Source of the DNA: Trueperaceae bacterium
GTDB lineage: Bacteria; Deinococcota; Deinococci; Deinococcales; Trueperaceae
Assembly (NCBI GenBank): GCA_965215565.1
Contig: CBDCDZ010000004.1
Span: 4,256,001 to 4,320,000 of the forward strand
DNA: 64,000 nt
Direction: 5' to 3'
This document shows positions 58,148 to 64,000 of this stretch, piece by piece; positions within the stretch are counted from its first letter, which is position 1; the number at the start of each line of letters is the position of its first letter. The notes beneath the pieces were generated by a model. The model was not told the origin of the DNA. It saw only the letters and a program-made list of their open reading frames with translations, and did no database searches. A program made the translations under genes and the position numbers.

Positions 58148-58960
58148 TCAAGCCGAAGCGGACAGCGGCTGTCCGCGCGTATTCCCTTCGCTGAACCACC
58201 TGACGAACACCGCCGCGAGCGCGATGAGCATCGTCGTGATGTAAATCGTGCCCATGATGACCCCCGCAAGCTGCTGGTCTTGCAGCACGCCCAAGTTGAA
58301 GACGCGCGGCACCTCTTGGTACCAAGGATAGATCACGCCTGGATAGAACGAGAAGACGCTCGAGAACGGGTTGTGCGCCGTGATGAGCACGAGCAGGTAG
58401 ATCATCTGGGTTTTGTACGTAGGGTTCGGCAGTTCACCCGGCAGCGGGTTCATGAGCGGCCACCACATCAGCACGGCGGAGCCGAAAATCGCAAAATAGG
58501 TGTAGTAGTGGAGCAGATCAGTGGAGAACATGAGCGGCTTGAGCACGAACGGCAAGTGAATAACCAAAAACGCCAAATTAAAGTGCACGACGTTGACAAC
58601 GGGGCGCGTCAAAAATCGCAAAATTGGTTTGATAACCGGGTGCAGCGCAAGGGGCGCGATCAGCCAGCCCGGAACGCCGAGCAAAAAGAGCGGGGCGACA
58701 AGAAAAATAACAACCATCATCGTTGCCATGTGCGCGCTCAAGAGGTAGAACTCACCCAGGGTGTGCAGCGGCGAGACGAAGACGAGCGTAAGGATCGTCA
58801 TGGAGAGGTAGAAGAGCGCGGCCTTGGTTGCAGGGTAGGCGCGTCCAGGGAAGAAACGCGAACGCAGCGGTCCGGTCCCTAACGTGTAGAAGAGCAGCGC
58901 GGCGAAGGTCAGCGCGACGGGGATGGGTTCGAAGCGCCACAGATCGGCAAGTTCAGGCAT
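58148..58960 (-). CDS. CtaG-like cytochrome c oxidase assembly protein
   Basis: SPLH..GE.YL.SAHM, DQQLAG..M. Confidence 0.85.
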   Translation of the reverse strand: MPELADLWRFEPIPVALTFAALLFYTLGTGPLRSRFFPGRAYPATKAALFYLSMTILTLVFVSPLHTLGEFYLLSAHMATMMVVIFLVAPLFLLGVPGWLIAPLALHPVIKPILRFLTRPVVNVVHFNLAFLVIHLPFVLKPLMFSTDLLHYYTYFAIFGSAVLMWWPLMNPLPGELPNPTYKTQMIYLLVLITAHNPFSSVFSFYPGVIYPWYQEVPRVFNLGVLQDQQLAGVIMGTIYITTMLIALAAVFVRWFSEGNTRGQPLSASA

Positions 58961-59070
58961 GACTTCATTGTACGGCGTGCGGCGGGGAAGGGCTGTAGGG
59001 GAAGCCGCTTAGGGTCTCGCGCCGTTTCGTTCACTGTGGAGTGTGAGGGAAGAGAAGAGGAGGAGTTGAA

Positions 59071-59138
59071 AGCAATGAGTAACGAGCAATGAGTTAAAGG
59101 CTTGCCCACTCATTGCTCGTTACTTTTCACTCGTTGCT
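59071..59138. repeat. Heptamer-built inverted repeat (17-bp stem)
   Basis: AGTAACGAGCAATGAGT (59078-59094) / ACTCATTGCTCGTTACT (59108-59124). Confidence 0.7.
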
Positions 59139-59175
59139 CCTATCCGCTAGAGCTAACGCCCTGCCAATACGCACG

Positions 59176-60237
59176 TTAAAACCGTAAGTTAATGCCCGCC
59201 ACTAGCCCCGCGTCGATGCTGCTGACGGGTGCGAAGCCGTAGCTCGTAATGAGCTGGGCGAACAAGCCGACGCGCGGCGTCACGAAGTATTCGACGCCGA
59301 AAGGAGCTTCGACTAAGAGCGCGTCGCCAGTTGGACGCAGCGTGTAGCCGACGCCGAAACCGCCGTAGAGATCGAAGTCGTCGGTGAGGGCGTCTAGACG
59401 CACGAGCGCGTCTAAGCTCAGGCGCAGTTCGTCGTCGCCGCCGTTAAAGGTGAGGCGGCTCGCGACGCCGACGGGTCCTAAGAGGTTGTCGTAGCCCGCT
59501 TGGACGCTCAAGTAGAGATCGCCCGCCGTCGAGATGACGCCAGGGGCGACGCCGATGTAGAAGGGGTAGATAGGTTGCTGAGCGAGTTGCACGCCGCCGC
59601 TGCCGCCTTGGGTAACGGGACCGCCGCGCGAGCCGGCCTGCGCCCTGCGCCGCGCTTCGCTCCAGGCGGAGCGCTCGCCCTGTGAGCCGTCCTCTAGCGC
59701 GGCTGGAAACTCGTCCGTGCCGCGCTCCGCGTTGAGGGCCCGCTCGAGAGCGACTAAGCGCCCCTCGAGCCTGCGCACGTAGCTCAGGGACGCTGCGTCA
59801 TTGAGCGCCGCTTCTAAGCTCTCCGTGCGCTCCAAGAGGCTGGTGCGTCCTAGCGAGACCTCGTCGCGGCGCATCCGCTCCTCGAAACGTGCGCCCGGCA
59901 CCGCGCCCAAAACCTGATCGGTGTAGTCGATGAGCCGCGCCGCTACCAGGGCGAGTTCGTAGCGCGACGCGCTCTGTTCGCCCTGGTAGTCGCCCCCCGG
60001 ATAGCCGGTCAAGACGCCCAGGCGGGCGAGCGCGTCGACCGCCGGGTAAGCCCAGTGCGTGCTCTGCACGTCGCTGAATTCTGCCGGAGCGGGACCCAAC
60101 GCGCCTGTAGGGAGCGGTGCTTGCGCGTTCGCTGTCAGGAGCACGCTCAAGAACGCTGCGAAGAGCACCGTGAAGGCTACGCCTAGGCGCTCAGGGGTGC
60201 GCTCGCGCCTGTTCGGATTGCGTTTGCCTATTTGCAT
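59176..60237 (-). CDS. SLH-domain protein with coiled coil and C-terminal beta-barrel
   Basis: FSDV...HWAY.AV..L...G...GYP.G, SRYE.A; terminal Phe (INLRF); GGAGG RBS. Confidence 0.85.
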   Translation of the reverse strand: MQIGKRNPNRRERTPERLGVAFTVLFAAFLSVLLTANAQAPLPTGALGPAPAEFSDVQSTHWAYPAVDALARLGVLTGYPGGDYQGEQSASRYELALVAARLIDYTDQVLGAVPGARFEERMRRDEVSLGRTSLLERTESLEAALNDAASLSYVRRLEGRLVALERALNAERGTDEFPAALEDGSQGERSAWSEARRRAQAGSRGGPVTQGGSGGVQLAQQPIYPFYIGVAPGVISTAGDLYLSVQAGYDNLLGPVGVASRLTFNGGDDELRLSLDALVRLDALTDDFDLYGGFGVGYTLRPTGDALLVEAPFGVEYFVTPRVGLFAQLITSYGFAPVSSIDAGLVAGINLRF

Positions 60238-60350
60238 GGTGACCTCCGCGTCAAAGTACGCCAGTTTAACAGGGTGATCATATGTCGCGTGGTGAGGCGT
60301 TAGTGAGGAATACTTCACGAAACGCTTTGTGGTGGAGTGAGGCTCGAGCT

Positions 60351-60378
60351 AAAAAAGGAGGCTCTTATCCGAGCCTCC
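60351..60378 (-). terminator. Intrinsic terminator after the DUF2203 gene
   Basis: GGAGGCTC/GAGCCTCC stem plus T6 on the minus strand. Confidence 0.8.
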
Positions 60379-60402
60379 CAAAGTTATGCTGTACAACCCG
60401 TT

Positions 60403-60804
60403 CTAAGCTGCAACGACTGGACTTACGCTCTCACTCGGCAAGGGCTGACGCGCCTTGACCTCTTGGTTGAGGCGGTGATAGTGCGTCACGGCGTCCTTAC
60501 CCTGCTCCCAGCACAAGTAGATGACTTCCGCACCTAAGCGGCTAGGAAAGTCCACAAGCCCGGTCTCGACATCTTGCAGGTGAACGCCCATGCCGTCGAG
60601 TTCCAGCTTCTCCTGCTGCACCACGCCAAGCAAAAACTTGATCTCTTCGGCGGTCTGCTGCGCCTCTAAGCTCAGACCGTTCATCGGCTGTAGCGCCTCG
60701 CGGAGCGCCAAAATGTCCTTGATGGCCCCCTGCATCTCGCTCAATTTCTGGTCGACGACGGGGATGAGGTTGTTCGCTTCCTGAACTGTAAAAAGTTTAT
60801 ACAT
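60403..60804 (-). CDS. DUF2203 family protein
   Basis: FT..EAN..IP, GLVDFP, YLCW..G. Confidence 0.9.
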   Translation of the reverse strand: MYKLFTVQEANNLIPVVDQKLSEMQGAIKDILALREALQPMNGLSLEAQQTAEEIKFLLGVVQQEKLELDGMGVHLQDVETGLVDFPSRLGAEVIYLCWEQGKDAVTHYHRLNQEVKARQPLPSESVSPVVAA

Positions 60805-61130
60805 CGTCTACCGCCCTTTCGGTGACAGGTGTCATCTTGTCACTAACGCGCTCGGTCAAAGAGGTATGCCGTAAGTTTGCACGCTGCGAGATGACCCCTG
60901 TGGCAATCCTGGTTAAAACGTCTTCAGAACCGCCTCATTGACATTATTATAGGGCGCTAAATACCGAAAGTGTGTCATCAATTATACAAAATCTTAGTGA
61001 AGTATTATCAAGTTTGAAGGAAGTATTAAGGCTAAATGTGAGGGGGTAGTGCGGCTCAGTCTGACGGCGAATGGACGAAAAGTCTGTAGCCCTTTTCTCA
61101 GGGCACCTGTGCGGTGTTACACTCCTCTTT

Positions 61131-62438
61131 GTGTCTACGCCTGCGTCTACTCCCCTCGCCGAACGGTTGCGCCCGCGCTCGCTGGATGAGGTGGCTGGAC
61201 AGTCTCACCTCGTCGCAACAGGTAAGCCCTTGCGCGTCGCCCTAGAAAGTGGACGGCTGCGCTCGGTTTTGCTGTGGGGACCGCCCGGCGTGGGCAAAAC
61301 GACGCTGGCGCGGCTCATCGCGGAAACGAGCGGCGCGCATTTCGCCCAACTCTCCGCCGTAACTTCGGGCGTAAAAGAGGTGCGCGCGGTGGCGAAAGAG
61401 GCGCAGACACGCCGTGAAGCGGGCGAGCAAACTGTGCTCTTTTTAGATGAGGTTCACCGTTTCAACAAAGCGCAGCAAGATTTGCTCTTGCCGTTCGTCG
61501 AGGACGGCACCTTGACGCTCATCGGCGCGACGACGGAGAACCCCTCTTTTGAGGTCAACGGGGCGCTCCGCTCGAGGATGCAACTCTTCGTCCTCCACCC
61601 TCTTTCGGAAGAGGACCTGGCGGCGGTCATTCGACGTGCCCTAGCGCATCCCGAAGGTTTTGGGGGCACACTCACGGTGGATGATGACGCCGTCACACTG
61701 CTGAGCACTTGGGCGGATGGCGACGCGCGGCGGGCGCTTTCGGCGCTGGAGGTGGCGGAGGGCTACGCCACTCATGATCACCTCAATGCGGAAGGGGTCA
61801 AGCGTGCTCTGGGCGCAAAGGCGCTCGCCTTTGACAAAGGAGGCGAGCATTTCTACAACCTCATGAGCGCCTTTCACAAGTCGGTGCGCGGCTGTGACCC
61901 CGACGCCGCGCTCTACTGGTTGGCGCGGCTTTTGGGCGGTGGCGCGGACCTTATGTACGTCGCGCGCCGCCTGGTGCGCATGGCGAGCGAGGACATCGGT
62001 CTAGCGGACCCCAACGCCTTGCGTTTGGCAGTTGCCGCGAGAGACGCCGCGCAATTTTTAGGGCAACCCGAAGGGGAACTGGCGTTGGCAGAACTCGCCG
62101 TTTACTTAGCAGTTGCGCCTAAGTCGAACGCGGTCTATACCGCCTGGAAACGCGCCCGCAAGGAGGCGGAGCGCCACGCCTCGGCACCCGTGCCGCTCAA
62201 CTTGCGCAACGCGCCTACTGGGGTGATGAAAGGGCTCGGCTACGGCGCGGGCTACCGCTACTACTTCGACGACAAAGAGGCGAGCTTTTTGCAGCCCTAC
62301 TTGCCCGAAGAGGTGCGAGGGGGCCTCTACCACGCGGACGGGGAGGGGTGGGAGGTCAAGGTGAGAGAGAGGCTCGAGACCTTCAGAAGGTTAAAAGAGG
62401 GCGAAACGCTAGAAAAGGGCAAGGCAGCTAAGCGCTAA
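61131..62438 (+). CDS. rarA: Replication-associated recombination protein A
   Basis: [47 protein letters not shown]; start moved to GTG 61131. Confidence 0.95.
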   Translation: MSTPASTPLAERLRPRSLDEVAGQSHLVATGKPLRVALESGRLRSVLLWGPPGVGKTTLARLIAETSGAHFAQLSAVTSGVKEVRAVAKEAQTRREAGEQTVLFLDEVHRFNKAQQDLLLPFVEDGTLTLIGATTENPSFEVNGALRSRMQLFVLHPLSEEDLAAVIRRALAHPEGFGGTLTVDDDAVTLLSTWADGDARRALSALEVAEGYATHDHLNAEGVKRALGAKALAFDKGGEHFYNLMSAFHKSVRGCDPDAALYWLARLLGGGADLMYVARRLVRMASEDIGLADPNALRLAVAARDAAQFLGQPEGELALAELAVYLAVAPKSNAVYTAWKRARKEAERHASAPVPLNLRNAPTGVMKGLGYGAGYRYYFDDKEASFLQPYLPEEVRGGLYHADGEGWEVKVRERLETFRRLKEGETLEKGKAAKR

Positions 62439-62452
62439 AGGTGATGTGAACT

Positions 62453-63640
62453 GTGGCTGAATCTAAACGCAAATCCGAAATAACCCTATCCGAAACCTCC
62501 CCCGTCTTAGTCGTCAACGCGGGCAGCTCGTCGCTCAAGGTGAAGCTGTTGCCGCAAGGTCACACCTTTTTAGTCGAGCGCATCGGCAGCGAGGCGTCGG
62601 CGAAAACGAGCTTGGCGGACGAGGTTGACGTTGAAAACATCACGGACGCCGAAAGCGCGTTGAAAGCGTGCTTGGAAGTGCTTCGCCAAGAGGTTGATTT
62701 AGGTGCCATCACCGCCGTAGGACACCGCGTCGTCCACGGCGGCGAGCGCTATACAGAAGCCACCCGTCTAACCGAAGAGGTCATCGCGGACCTGGAGACG
62801 CTCTCGCCCCTCGCGCCGCTTCACAATCCCGCGAACTTAGCAGGCATTCGCGCAGCTATGTCCCTCCTGCCGGGCGCGGTTCACGTCGCCGTCTTCGACA
62901 CCGCCTTTCACAGCACGCTGCCGCCGCACGCCTACCTTTACGGTCTGCCGCGCTCCGCGTACGAGCAGGGCGTGCGGCGCTACGGCTTTCACGGCACTTC
63001 GCACGACTTCGTGACGCGCCGCGCGGCTGAGGTGCTGAGTCAACCGCGCGAAAACCTCAACCTCATCTCGCTCCACCTGGGCAACGGGGCGAGCGCCGCC
63101 GCCGTCAAATATGGCGCGTCGGTAGACACGACGATGGGCATGACGCCACTCGCCGGGCTACTGATGGGCACCCGCTCAGGCGACGTGGACCCCGGCGCGC
63201 TCCTCTACCTCTTGGAGCAGGGCACCTCGGCGGAAGAACTGGATACGCTCCTCAATAAAAAGTCCGGGTTGTTAGGACTCTCGGGCGTCTCGAACGACAT
63301 GCGCGATGTTCACGCCGCAACCAAAGAAGGAAACGCCGAGGCGAAAGAAGCGTTCGACGTCTTTTGCTACCGCATCCGCAAAACCGTCGGTGCGTACGCC
63401 GCCGCGATGGAGGGTTTGGACGCGGTTATCTTCACAGGCGGCATCGGTGAGAACAACGAGGAGGTGCGGGCGCGTTCGGTGGCGGGCTTGGGATTTTTAG
63501 GGCTCGAGCTTGATCCACAAAGAAATGCGAGAAGCGAGGAGACGATTAGCACATCTGATAGCGCCGTCCACCTCTTCGTCATCCCCACCGACGAAGAACG
63601 CATGATCGCCGAAGCCACCCTGAGTATCGCCGCGCCGTAA
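62453..63640 (+). CDS. ackA: Acetate kinase
   Basis: NAGSSSLK, GHRVVHGG, APLHN, YGFHGTSH, FTGGIGEN, PTDEE. Confidence 0.96.
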   Translation: MAESKRKSEITLSETSPVLVVNAGSSSLKVKLLPQGHTFLVERIGSEASAKTSLADEVDVENITDAESALKACLEVLRQEVDLGAITAVGHRVVHGGERYTEATRLTEEVIADLETLSPLAPLHNPANLAGIRAAMSLLPGAVHVAVFDTAFHSTLPPHAYLYGLPRSAYEQGVRRYGFHGTSHDFVTRRAAEVLSQPRENLNLISLHLGNGASAAAVKYGASVDTTMGMTPLAGLLMGTRSGDVDPGALLYLLEQGTSAEELDTLLNKKSGLLGLSGVSNDMRDVHAATKEGNAEAKEAFDVFCYRIRKTVGAYAAAMEGLDAVIFTGGIGENNEEVRARSVAGLGFLGLELDPQRNARSEETISTSDSAVHLFVIPTDEERMIAEATLSIAAP

Positions 63641-63821
63641 CTTCAACTGTAAACAGTCGTCGTTCCGTCAAACGCACGTCTTTACTAAGAAGGTATTGGG
63701 GCGTACTATCAGCTATGTCAAAGTTATCGGCAGTTACACTCTCGAGGTGCGCTCGTACTAAAATGTCGCAACGACCGTTGTCTCCTTCTAACTTCTTGCT
63801 CCTTACGCCTTACTTCCTCCC

Positions 63822-64000
63822 ATGAAAACCCTCGGCTTAGATTTGGGCGGCACCAAAATCGCCGCCGCCATCGTTGAAGACGGCGAGATGCTCAGCCAGC
63901 ACCAGCTAGGGACGCCGCACTCGGGTTACGAAGACGTATTGGGAGCGCTCGAAGAGGCGGCGAAGTTCGTCTTAGCCGACTACCCCGACGTCGAGCACGT
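63822..64000 (+). CDS. ROK family sugar kinase, 5' part (runs off window)
   Basis: MKTLGLDLGGTKIAAAIV. Confidence 0.85.
   Translation, partial: MKTLGLDLGGTKIAAAIVEDGEMLSQHQLGTPHSGYEDVLGALEEAAKFVLADYPDVEH

Overview
A ~60% GC bacterial chromosomal window, most likely Deinococcota (Truepera-like). The assignment rests on a Thermus/Deinococcus-type paaR-paaABCD locus, an AddAB-like pair, an SLH-barrel protein, many apparently leaderless genes and abundant CTCGAG. Housekeeping genes: pgm, lpdA (interrupted by a 103-nt tandem duplication), scpA, an M3 oligopeptidase, rarA, ackA and a tRNA Lys-Glu-Val operon. Accessory content: a 12-kb Wzx-type polysaccharide cluster with two GH16 enzymes, a TAXI-TRAP transporter, three TA pairs plus an orphan antitoxin remnant, an O-antigen-ligase/CBM/WbaP triple fusion, and a trypsin-like protease preceded by a free-standing copy of its own N-terminal domain. 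The least-explained signal is intergenic: several inter-related small structured repeat families. Their stems covary between copies, two families share a (G)GTATCAT...ATGATAC(C) core, three copies end on TAA stop codons, and the core forms an array inside the tRNA operon. No transposase or CRISPR array is visible. All family assignments come from motif recognition by eye, not database searches.
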